In this document: positions 56,392-64,000 of the stretch, one piece after another
How positions within the stretch are numbered: the first letter of the stretch is position 1
Layout: each line of letters starts with the position of its first letter
Assembly: GCA_938008535.1 (NCBI GenBank)
Contig: CALLKF010000070.1
Coordinates: forward strand, 950-64,949
Reading direction: 5' to 3'
Origin: an uncultured Saprospirales bacterium
GTDB lineage: Bacteria; Bacteroidota; Bacteroidia; Chitinophagales; JADIYW01
DNA length: 64,000 nt
Position numbers and translations under genes: made by a program
The notes under the pieces: generated by a model
What the model saw: the letters and a program-made list of their open reading frames with translations, nothing else
The model's database searches: none
What the model was told of the DNA's origin: nothing

Positions 56392-58293
56392 CTATATTTT
56401 TATAACGGTTATTAAAATTAAAGCTACAATACTAATGACCATCGCAATTACATAAAAACCTAAACTTCCTGTTTGAGTTAAACGCAATAACTGACTCCAA
56501 TTAACAATGGAAGTTCCTATTAAATTTACCAATCCATCAATTCCACTTTTTTCTATAAACTGATACATGAGTACTGAAACTCTGTTTAATGGTTTTACGA
56601 TAATTGCTTCGTAAATTTCATCGATATAATATTTATGGTACACAATTTCTTTTCCTAAAGACATTGGCGCATCATCTGATTTTGGAATTTGTTTTTTAGA
56701 AACAAAGAAAAATCTAGCTAAGAAAATCATGATTAAAATTAAAACCACAGTTGCAGCCATTAGAAGCATTTCTGTATTTAATTCCATTTTTCCTTCAGCT
56801 ACTTTCACAGATGAAGACAAGAAATGATCTAACCAATGATGAATTCCTAATTGATGACCTAAAGCGTGCGGAAAGCCAATAAAACCTGCTACTACTGACA
56901 AACCAGATAAAATCATTAATGGAATAGTCATGCTTTTTGGCGATTCGTGTACATGATTTTTTACGATATCGTTTCCTCTAAATTCTCCAACAAATGTTAG
57001 AAAAAACAAACGGAACATATAGAAAGCAGTCATTAAAGAAACCAATAATGCTAATACGAATAAAACTTTGCTGTGTTCAAATATTTCAGCTAACATCTGA
57101 TCTTTAGAAAAGAAACCTGCAAATGGTGGAATACCAGCAATCGCAATTGTTCCAATTAAAAAAGTAATAAAAGTAACTGGCATTTTTTTCTTCAAGCCAC
57201 CCATATTTCTGATGTCTTGGTCACCGCTCATACCATGAATTACGCTACCAGCACCTAAGAATAATAATGCTTTAAAAAATGCGTGCGTTACTACGTGAAA
57301 AACACCAGCCGAAAATGCACCGCAACCTAATGCACAAAAAATTAATCCTAATTGTGAAACGGTAGAATATGCCAACACTTTTTTAATATCATTTTGAAAT
57401 AATGCAATCGTTGCAGCTAATAATGCAGTTGCAATTCCAATGATTGCTATGAATTGCATGGTAAATTCTGATAAAGAAAAGAGCACACTACAACGCGCAA
57501 CCATATAAATACCTGCGGTTACCATCGTTGCTGCGTGTATCAATGCAGACACTGGTGTTGGACCAGCCATTGCGTCTGGAAGCCAAGTAAACAAAGGTAT
57601 TTGCGCTGATTTTCCCATCGCGCCAATGAACAATAAAACAGTGATCCATGTAATTAATTTGCCATCAATTACAACGGTTCCAATTTGTGCAAATACTTGA
57701 TGATAGTTGATGCTGCCAAAAACACCAAATAATAAGATGATGCCTAAAATAAAACCTAAGTCGCCGATGCGATTCATGACGAATGCTTTTTTTGCAGCAT
57801 CTGCGTAATTGATATTTTTAAACCAAAATCCAATTAATAAATAAGAACACAAACCAACGCCTTCCCAACCAACGAACATCAATAAGAAATTATCGCCTAA
57901 TACTAATAACAACATGAAAAACACAAACAAATTCAAGTATGAGAAATATCGGTTATAATCTTTTTCGTCGTGCATGTAACCAGTTGAATATACATGAATC
58001 AAGAAACCAACACCTGTGATAACTAAAGTAAATAAGATAGAAAGTGAATCTACCAAGAAAGAAAAATCTGCACGAAAATCACCAACATGAATCCATGAAA
58101 AAACTGGCACAATAACAGCATGATTATTTGACAACTGATTTATAAAAATCAACACCGCTACAATGAACGAAGCCAAAATACTGCTTGGTGCTAAAAATGT
58201 AGTAATTGATTTTGACAAACTTTTTCCAAACAAAGCAATAACTATAAAGCTAAGCAAAGGAAAAAGTGGAATAAGATATACGAATTGTTGCAT
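56392..58293 (-). CDS. nuoL: NADH-quinone oxidoreductase subunit L
   Basis: 633 aa with FVGWEGVGLCSYLLIGFW and LPDAMAGPTPVSALIHAATMV. Confidence 0.95.
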   Translation of the reverse strand: MQQFVYLIPLFPLLSFIVIALFGKSLSKSITTFLAPSSILASFIVAVLIFINQLSNNHAVIVPVFSWIHVGDFRADFSFLVDSLSILFTLVITGVGFLIHVYSTGYMHDEKDYNRYFSYLNLFVFFMLLLVLGDNFLLMFVGWEGVGLCSYLLIGFWFKNINYADAAKKAFVMNRIGDLGFILGIILLFGVFGSINYHQVFAQIGTVVIDGKLITWITVLLFIGAMGKSAQIPLFTWLPDAMAGPTPVSALIHAATMVTAGIYMVARCSVLFSLSEFTMQFIAIIGIATALLAATIALFQNDIKKVLAYSTVSQLGLIFCALGCGAFSAGVFHVVTHAFFKALLFLGAGSVIHGMSGDQDIRNMGGLKKKMPVTFITFLIGTIAIAGIPPFAGFFSKDQMLAEIFEHSKVLFVLALLVSLMTAFYMFRLFFLTFVGEFRGNDIVKNHVHESPKSMTIPLMILSGLSVVAGFIGFPHALGHQLGIHHWLDHFLSSSVKVAEGKMELNTEMLLMAATVVLILIMIFLARFFFVSKKQIPKSDDAPMSLGKEIVYHKYYIDEIYEAIIVKPLNRVSVLMYQFIEKSGIDGLVNLIGTSIVNWSQLLRLTQTGSLGFYVIAMVISIVALILITVIKI

Positions 58294-58348
58294 GTTTTAT
58301 TTTTTGTCTGAACCATGATTTATCTGATTAAATGATAATCATGATTTT

Positions 58349-59239
58349 TTATTTTTGTATTTCTAACAATTTAAAAAATTCATCCAATTTTGGCATAATA
58401 ATAATTTCCGTTCTTCTGTTGATTGATTTATTTGCCTTTGTATCATTTGGTACTTTCGCATTATACTCTGAACGACCACCTGCAATAATTCTGGATGGAT
58501 CAACTGCGTAACTTTTTTGCAATGCACGCGCAATCGATGTTGCTCTTTTTACACTCAAATCCCAATTGTCTAATACGCAACTGTTTGCGATTGGAACATT
58601 ATCAGTGTTACCTTCAATCAATACATCAAACGTTTTATAATCATTTATAACTTTCGCAATTTTTGACAACACATCACCTGCTTTTGCAGAAATATCTGAA
58701 CTTCCAGATTTGTACAACATATTATCTGACAATGAAATTAACACCACACCTTTGTCCACTTTTACATTTACATCGGTATCATTTACATCAGACAAAGAAC
58801 GTTTCAAATTCAACACCAATACTAAATTCAACGAATCTTTTGAGCGAATTTGTGAGTTTAGTAAAGAAATATCACGGCTTTGTGCATCAATAGTTTCCAA
58901 TGATTTTTTAATACTTTCTGCACCTTCTTTGCTGATTACCGATAAATTAGATAACTGGTCTAATAATTTTCCGTTGGCAGATTTCTGATATTCTACTTCT
59001 TTCAATAATTCTTCAATTTTAGCTTTTGCTTTTGCTAACTCAGCAGCTGTAGCATCGTATTCGCTTGATTTGGTACCAAATCTTTTTTCGCAATCTGCTA
59101 AATCAGATGTTAATTGACGAACGGTTTGTTCTAGTCTATCTTTATCTAATTGTGTTGCCTGAAATTTCTTTTTTGTAACGCATGATGATAGCACAGCTAC
59201 CATTAATACATAAAAAAATATCTTTCTCATCATTACCAT
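58349..59239 (-). CDS. OmpA/MotB-domain lipoprotein with coiled-coil N-terminal region
   Basis: Lipobox [17 protein letters not shown], a coiled coil ([16 protein letters not shown]) and an OmpA-like C-terminus (NTDNVP...NWDLSVKRA...NRRTEIII). In-frame ATGs at 59239, 59233 and 59230; the one at 59233 overlaps the nuoK TAA (TAATG). Confidence 0.85.
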   Translation of the reverse strand: MVMMRKIFFYVLMVAVLSSCVTKKKFQATQLDKDRLEQTVRQLTSDLADCEKRFGTKSSEYDATAAELAKAKAKIEELLKEVEYQKSANGKLLDQLSNLSVISKEGAESIKKSLETIDAQSRDISLLNSQIRSKDSLNLVLVLNLKRSLSDVNDTDVNVKVDKGVVLISLSDNMLYKSGSSDISAKAGDVLSKIAKVINDYKTFDVLIEGNTDNVPIANSCVLDNWDLSVKRATSIARALQKSYAVDPSRIIAGGRSEYNAKVPNDTKANKSINRRTEIIIMPKLDEFFKLLEIQK

Positions 59240-59556
59240 TTTAATTTGTTCAAATCATCAATATCGATCGATTTGGTATTTCTGTAAATCATCATCAAAA
59301 TAGCTAAACCAACCGATACTTCGGCTGCTGCAACTACCATTATAAAAAACACGAATACTTGTCCACCGCTATCGCCTAAATATCTTGAGAACGCAACCAT
59401 TAATAAGTTTACTGCGTTCAACATTAGTTCTACACACATAAAAATAATGATGGCATTTCTACGGAACAGAACACCTAATACGCCAATACTAAATAGTATT
59501 ACGGTTAGATATATGTACCATTGAATCGGTATGTTTAATATTACGTCGTTGTTCAC
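59233..59556 (-). CDS. nuoK: NADH-quinone oxidoreductase subunit K
   Basis: 107 aa with [20 protein letters not shown]. Apparent GTG start, 1 nt after the nuoJ stop. Confidence 0.93.
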   Translation of the reverse strand: MNNDVILNIPIQWYIYLTVILFSIGVLGVLFRRNAIIIFMCVELMLNAVNLLMVAFSRYLGDSGGQVFVFFIMVVAAAEVSVGLAILMMIYRNTKSIDIDDLNKLKW

Positions 59557-59557
59557 C

Positions 59558-60061
59558 TTAATTGATTTCTTTTTTACTTAAAAATACCGCACCAACCATG
59601 GCTGCTAAAAACAAAATACTCGAAACTTCAAACGGCAACATATATTCTCTGAATAATACTTTACCTAAGTTTTCAACCAAACCAATGTTTTCATTTTGCG
59701 CTGCTGGCAACATTCCTTTTTGTGCATTCGTCAATAAAGCAATTAAACACAACATAAAAACACCTGCTGCAATAACGGCTGCAAATTTTGGAATATTCTT
59801 TTTATGCGGTTCAATTTCTTTATTTAAATTCAACATCATAATTACATATAAAAACAATACCATGATGGCTCCAGCATATACTATAATATGTACTGCAGCC
59901 AAGAACTGTGCATTCAATAATAAATAATGACCAGCCAAAGCAAAAAAAGTAACGATTAAATACAATACGGAATGCACCGGATTTTTATCAATCACTACTA
60001 ATATTGCGCTAAAAATAGCAACGAACGTTAAGAAGAAAAATATGTATTGTGTAATTGGCAT
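59558..60061 (-). CDS. nuoJ: NADH-quinone oxidoreductase subunit J
   Basis: 167 aa membrane protein with [47 protein letters not shown]. Confidence 0.9.
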   Translation of the reverse strand: MPITQYIFFFLTFVAIFSAILVVIDKNPVHSVLYLIVTFFALAGHYLLLNAQFLAAVHIIVYAGAIMVLFLYVIMMLNLNKEIEPHKKNIPKFAAVIAAGVFMLCLIALLTNAQKGMLPAAQNENIGLVENLGKVLFREYMLPFEVSSILFLAAMVGAVFLSKKEIN

Positions 60062-60097
60062 TATTGATTTACTATTTGAGATTTCTGATTTAAAAAT

Positions 60098-60706
60098 TTA
60101 ATGACTTTTTTCTTTTATTAAATTCTGTTTGTCTTTCCAGGTTTGATTGTGTGCTTTTGTTTTGTCTTTTTTAAATTCAGCTACTGCTTTCGTTTGTCTG
60201 TACGATAAATCGATTGGATGATTGATATCTTCTACCAATTTATCTTTACCGTAAATCATATCTTTTCGGTTACCTGAAACAGGAACAATTCTATCAGTTA
60301 AGAAGATGGCTTCTTTTGGACACGCTTCTTCGCACAAGCCGCAGAAAATGCAACGCAACATATTTATCTCGTAAATCGAAGCGTATTTTTCTTCACGATA
60401 CAAATTTTCTTCGCCTTTTCTACGTTCTGCCGATTCCATCGTAATCGCTTCTGCTGGACAAGCTACTGCGCACAAACCACAAGCTGTACAACGTTCTGCG
60501 CCTTGCTCATCACGTTTTAAAACATGTTGTCCTCGATAGGTTTCTGCAATTTCGCGTTTTACCTCAGGATATCTTACCGTAGCACCTTTCTTGAAAAAAT
60601 GTTTTAAGGTAATCGTCATACCTTGCGTGATGGCAGGTATGTATAGTTTTTCCATCAAAGACATTTCTTTTTTTACAACTACTTTTTTTCTGTCTGTTAA
60701 TTGCAT
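60098..60706 (-). CDS. nuoI: NADH-quinone oxidoreductase subunit I (2x[4Fe-4S])
   Basis: Starts MQLTDRKK and contains CTACGLCAVACP and CIFCGLCEEACP. The track start at 60862 runs into nuoH. Confidence 0.93.
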   Translation of the reverse strand: MQLTDRKKVVVKKEMSLMEKLYIPAITQGMTITLKHFFKKGATVRYPEVKREIAETYRGQHVLKRDEQGAERCTACGLCAVACPAEAITMESAERRKGEENLYREEKYASIYEINMLRCIFCGLCEEACPKEAIFLTDRIVPVSGNRKDMIYGKDKLVEDINHPIDLSYRQTKAVAEFKKDKTKAHNQTWKDKQNLIKEKSH

Positions 60707-60708
60707 AC

Positions 60709-61758
60709 TTAAAAAATATTTGATAGATAATAAAAAATTTCGTGGCGCATCATAATAACACCTGTAACCAAAATATTTAATATAGATAATGGAATTAATA
60801 TTCTCCAACCTAAAAACATTAATTGATCGTATCTGAAACGTGGAATCGTCCAGCGGATCCACATATAAAAGAAGATGAAGAAGAATATTTTTCCGAAGAA
60901 AAATACCACTTGTAATAAGGATAATAAATTTCCGTCAAAGCCAAAATGAGACTGGAATGGAATATTAAATCCACCAAAATATAAAGATGAAATGATAGCC
61001 GATGAAACAAACATATTGATATACTCAGCAAATAAATAAAAACCTAATTTCATCGATGAATATTCTGTGTGATAACCACCCACTAATTCTGTTTCGCATT
61101 CCGGTAAATCAAACGGAGCGCGGTTGGTTTCTGCAAATGCACAAATTAAGAAGATTAAAAATCCTAATGGTTGATAAAAGATATTCCACAAACCATCACC
61201 TTGTTGTGCTACAATTTGTCCTAAACTTAGTGTGCCTGTTTTCATAATCAATGCCACCAACGCCAAACCCATCGCAATTTCGTAGCTAATCATTTGTGAA
61301 GAAGCGCGCAACGCACCGAGCAATGAATATTTATTGTTGGAAGCCCAGCCGCCAATCATAATTCCATACACACCAAACGAAACTACCGCAAACACATACA
61401 ACATACCAATATTGATATCCGTAATTTGCAATGGAAATGTTTGTCCGCCAAATGTTAAATGGCCGCCCCAAGGAATTACCACACCAGACATTAATGCAGT
61501 TAGCATGGCTAAACTCGGTCCTAAAATGAATAAAAATTTACTGGAAACTGTTGGAATAATTTCTTCTTTCATAAACATCTTCACACCGTCGGCAATTGGC
61601 TGCAATATACCGAAAGGTCCTGCACGGTCTGGTCCGATTCTGTCTTGCATAAACGCTGCTACTTTTCGTTCTGCGTATGTTGAATAGGCAGCAATTCCTA
61701 ATGAAATAAGGAATACTAAGAGAACTAAAATGGTTTTGTATATGATGAAAATTAGCAT
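60709..61758 (-). CDS. nuoH: NADH-quinone oxidoreductase subunit H
   Basis: 349 aa with ERKVAAFMQDRIGPDRAGPFGILQPIADG and AETNRAPFDLPECETELV. Confidence 0.95.
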   Translation of the reverse strand: MLIFIIYKTILVLLVFLISLGIAAYSTYAERKVAAFMQDRIGPDRAGPFGILQPIADGVKMFMKEEIIPTVSSKFLFILGPSLAMLTALMSGVVIPWGGHLTFGGQTFPLQITDINIGMLYVFAVVSFGVYGIMIGGWASNNKYSLLGALRASSQMISYEIAMGLALVALIMKTGTLSLGQIVAQQGDGLWNIFYQPLGFLIFLICAFAETNRAPFDLPECETELVGGYHTEYSSMKLGFYLFAEYINMFVSSAIISSLYFGGFNIPFQSHFGFDGNLLSLLQVVFFFGKIFFFIFFYMWIRWTIPRFRYDQLMFLGWRILIPLSILNILVTGVIMMRHEIFYYLSNIF

Positions 61759-61782
61759 GTTCTTTTGTCCTTGATTTTCAAA

Positions 61783-62814
61783 TTAAACATTGTTCGGATC
61801 TAATGAACCGTGTCCCAATGTTGCTTTTTTACTTTTTAATGTTTCTACATCTGATTGCAATTCCAATCTCATCTTTTTCAAATCGGTATTATAATGATTT
61901 TGAGAAATAACCGAATTATGACTCACTTTACTTGGTCCTTCAATTTCCCAATCTGCAACATATTTTTTATCAAAACGACATTCATTGCAGATAAATTCTT
62001 CCACTTCGCCCCAACGGTCTTTGCGAGCAGTAACGCGCAATACATCATCGCCTTTCATCCATAAACGTACTTTTCCATTGCATTTTTCGTGATTGCAATT
62101 TCTGTGTGCATCTACAGGTTTGGTAAACCACACACGGCTTTTGAAACGGAAAGTTTTATCGGTGAGTGCGCCAACCGGACAAACATCAATTACGTTTCCA
62201 GAAAAATCGTTGTCGATTGCTTTTTCTATATAAGTAGAAATTTCTGCGTGGTCGCCGCGATTGATGACACCGTGAACACGTCCATCTGTAATTTGCTCAC
62301 ATGTTTTTACGCATCTGTAGCAAAGAATACAGCGATTCATGTGTAGTTTTATCTTGTCGCCAATATCAATTGGTTCAAATTCTCTTCGTTGAAATTCGTA
62401 GCGAGTGGCTTCTTTTCCGTTTTCATAACCTAAATCTTGCAAATGACACTCACCTGCCTGGTCGCAGATTGGACAATCTAATGGATGATTGATTAATAAA
62501 AACTCGACTACACCAGCGCGTGCTTCTAATAAATCTGCAGAAGTTTTGTTGCGCACTACCATTCCGTCCATTACTGTTGTACGGCAACTTGGCACTGGTT
62601 TTGGCATTGGTCGCGGATCTTTTTCCGAACCTTGTTCTACTTTTACGATACAAGTTCTGCAATAACCGCCAGTAGTTTTTAGTTTAGAATAAAAGCACAT
62701 GGCTGGTGGTGCAATGTTGGTACCTTGCTGTTCATCAATCATTCGAGCAGCTTGCAAAATGGTAGTTCCGTCCGGAACTTCTATGGTGATATCGTCGATT
62801 GTTACTTTTGCCAT
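61783..62814 (-). CDS. nuoG: NADH-quinone oxidoreductase subunit G, short form (2Fe-2S plus 4Fe-4S domains, no molybdopterin-like domain)
   Basis: Starts MAKVTIDDITIEVPDGTTIL and contains C..C and HPLDCPICDQAGEC, then CILCYRCV. I prefer the ATG at 62814 because a -7 box overlaps the longer start. Confidence 0.88.
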   Translation of the reverse strand: MAKVTIDDITIEVPDGTTILQAARMIDEQQGTNIAPPAMCFYSKLKTTGGYCRTCIVKVEQGSEKDPRPMPKPVPSCRTTVMDGMVVRNKTSADLLEARAGVVEFLLINHPLDCPICDQAGECHLQDLGYENGKEATRYEFQRREFEPIDIGDKIKLHMNRCILCYRCVKTCEQITDGRVHGVINRGDHAEISTYIEKAIDNDFSGNVIDVCPVGALTDKTFRFKSRVWFTKPVDAHRNCNHEKCNGKVRLWMKGDDVLRVTARKDRWGEVEEFICNECRFDKKYVADWEIEGPSKVSHNSVISQNHYNTDLKKMRLELQSDVETLKSKKATLGHGSLDPNNV

Positions 62815-62828
62815 ATTTTTGGAAAGCA

Positions 62829-62836
62829 CAAAGTTA
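62829..62836 (-). promoter_or_regulatory. -7 box (TAACTTTG) upstream of nuoG
   Basis: The minus strand reads TAACTTTG, 14 nt before the ATG at 62814. I saw no convincing -33 element. Confidence 0.3.
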
Positions 62837-63031
62837 CAAATCTGTTGTGATTTTACCTAAAAGCAAGGTAATTAAATTGATAAAAATAGTGGTGTGGTTG
62901 TTTGCAAATTTGGTAGTAGGTATAAGTTGAATAGAATAAGTGCAAGACATTAGAAAAAAACAAGTAAAACAAACATATCAGATTGACATCATTAACATTT
63001 GACCAATAAGTACAACTTAACTAATAATTTC

Positions 63032-63039
63032 TAAATTTG
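63032..63039 (+). promoter_or_regulatory. -7 box (TAAATTTG) abutting the PIN gene start
   Basis: TAAATTTG ends 4 nt before the ATG at 63044. I saw no convincing -33 element. Confidence 0.3.
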
Positions 63040-63043
63040 ATGA

Positions 63044-63511
63044 ATGAAACCGAGATTATATTTTGATACATCTGTTTTTGGTGGAGTTTATGACGAAGAG
63101 TTTGAAGAGATTTCTACTTTGCTTTTTGAAAAAGTAAAATTAGGACAGATTATTTGTGTTTATTCAGATTTATCAGAAACCGAACTTCAAAATGCACCAC
63201 AAAGAGTTAAAGATTATTTTGCAGATTTGCCAAAAGAGCACATGCAATTTGTTGAAGTAACTGAAGAATCTTACGAACTTGCACAAAAGTATTTAGATGA
63301 AAAGGTGGTTGGAAAGACCAGTGCAGATGATTGCAGGCATATTGCAACAGCTACCATTAATAAAGTGGACATCTTAGTAAGCTGGAACTTCAAACACATT
63401 GTAAATGTTTTTAGAATTCGTGGATATAATTCAATAAATTTACGTTGTGGTTATTCACAACTTGATATTCGTTCACCAAAAGAAATTGTATATAATGAAG
63501 ACGACAATTAA
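63044..63511 (+). CDS. PIN-domain protein (putative toxin ribonuclease)
   Basis: 155 aa. Acidic residues in PIN-like positions (YFDTSVF, SDLSETEL, ADDCRHIATA, SWNFKHI). Confidence 0.7.
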   Translation: MKPRLYFDTSVFGGVYDEEFEEISTLLFEKVKLGQIICVYSDLSETELQNAPQRVKDYFADLPKEHMQFVEVTEESYELAQKYLDEKVVGKTSADDCRHIATATINKVDILVSWNFKHIVNVFRIRGYNSINLRCGYSQLDIRSPKEIVYNEDDN

Positions 63512-63644
63512 AAAAGAAAAGGCATTTGATACAGTTAAAGTATTTCGTGAAATCAAAGAAAAAATAGCAAAAGAAACTGAAAAAATGACTTTTGCAGAAT
63601 TCAAAGAATACCTTAACAAAAATAAACTGACGCCTTCAAAATAG
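63495..63644 (+). CDS. 49-aa K/E-rich ORF overlapping the PIN gene 3' end (candidate cognate antitoxin)
   Basis: Starts MKTTIKKEKAFDTVKVFREIKEKIAKETEKM. Its ATG lies 17 nt inside the PIN ORF. The function is only inferred from position. Confidence 0.4.
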   Translation: MKTTIKKEKAFDTVKVFREIKEKIAKETEKMTFAEFKEYLNKNKLTPSK

Positions 63645-63691
63645 TTTGCTATTTGGTAAAACCTTCAACATATTTATTAACTACGATGAAT

Positions 63692-64000
63692 TTATGGCTC
63701 GCTATTTAATTCAAATTGACCAACCATTGAATTTGGATAAGCAATGTGTATTTTATTGTTGGATGGATTAAAAAGCAGCGTTGGAACTACTGCATCTAAA
63801 TTATATGCATAACCAGGCGATTGCACAATGTGTATATCATACTTTTGGTTACAATCAGGACAGCTTGCATCATATGGATTATCTGTACCATATCTAAATC
63901 CTATAGATCGCCAATAACTGCCTGTAAACTGGCTTACTACATATCTTCCACTTCCAGAATGAAATTGTGAAACTACCGGTTGGTTTTTTTGTGTGTTAAA
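63692..64000 (-). CDS. C-terminal part of an unidentified protein; gene runs off the window end
   Basis: Not in track. The reverse strand is open from 64000 to a TAA at 63692-63694 and reads ...GSYWRSIGFRYGTDNPYDASCPDCNQKYDIHIVQSPGYAYNLD...QFELNSEP*. It is not NuoF-like. Confidence 0.5.
   Translation of the reverse strand, partial: FNTQKNQPVVSQFHSGSGRYVVSQFTGSYWRSIGFRYGTDNPYDASCPDCNQKYDIHIVQSPGYAYNLDAVVPTLLFNPSNNKIHIAYPNSMVGQFELNSEP

Noticed and set aside
1-64000. Mobile elements, prophage, integrases, or defence systems (restriction-modification, Abi, CBASS and similar)
   Set aside because: I read all listed ORFs and none resembles a transposase, recombinase, phage structural protein or known defence protein. 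The only candidate is the PIN module.

Overview
AT-rich chromosomal segment with the hallmarks of a Bacteroidota genome: TAnnTTTG -7 boxes, many lipoproteins with an S-C lipobox, DUF2147/DUF4442/DUF2807-type genes and a short 343-aa NuoG. I call about 62 CDS, one tRNA (Arg-CCT), two pseudogene fragments, several intrinsic terminators and a set of short tandem repeats. I found no rRNA, CRISPR array, transposase, integrase or phage genes. Most of the content is housekeeping: sdhC (partial), metG, greA, rsmA, pepA, pdxA, dprA, tatD, gltX, glnS, pcm, a phosphohexomutase, fumC and nuoG-N. The rest comprises an ECF sigma/anti-sigma envelope operon, a TPR histidine kinase with a LuxR-type regulator, a FATP-type acyl-CoA ligase with two acyl-CoA dehydrogenases, a PIN toxin module and numerous lipoprotein or secreted hypotheticals. 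I do not see a self-contained novel multi-gene system such as a defence island. The observations most worth a second look are these. (1) Two decayed halves of a DUF2461 gene bracket a ~5.9-kb block that carries an intact paralog, a GC-rich 12 x 21-bp tandem array and the FATP/ACAD genes. (2) The ACAD pair has one member that appears to lack the catalytic Glu, which suggests a heteromeric enzyme. (3) An OmpA-like lipoprotein gene and a 78-aa NuoM-N-terminus-like ORF are embedded in the nuo operon, which starts at nuoG with no nuoA-F upstream. (4) Heptanucleotide tandem repeats sit at the 5' ends of metG, tatD (in frame) and fumC. (5) An intrinsic terminator lies in the greA leader. (6) -7 boxes abut start codons, which suggests leaderless mRNAs. 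All functional calls come from reading the translations, with no database search.
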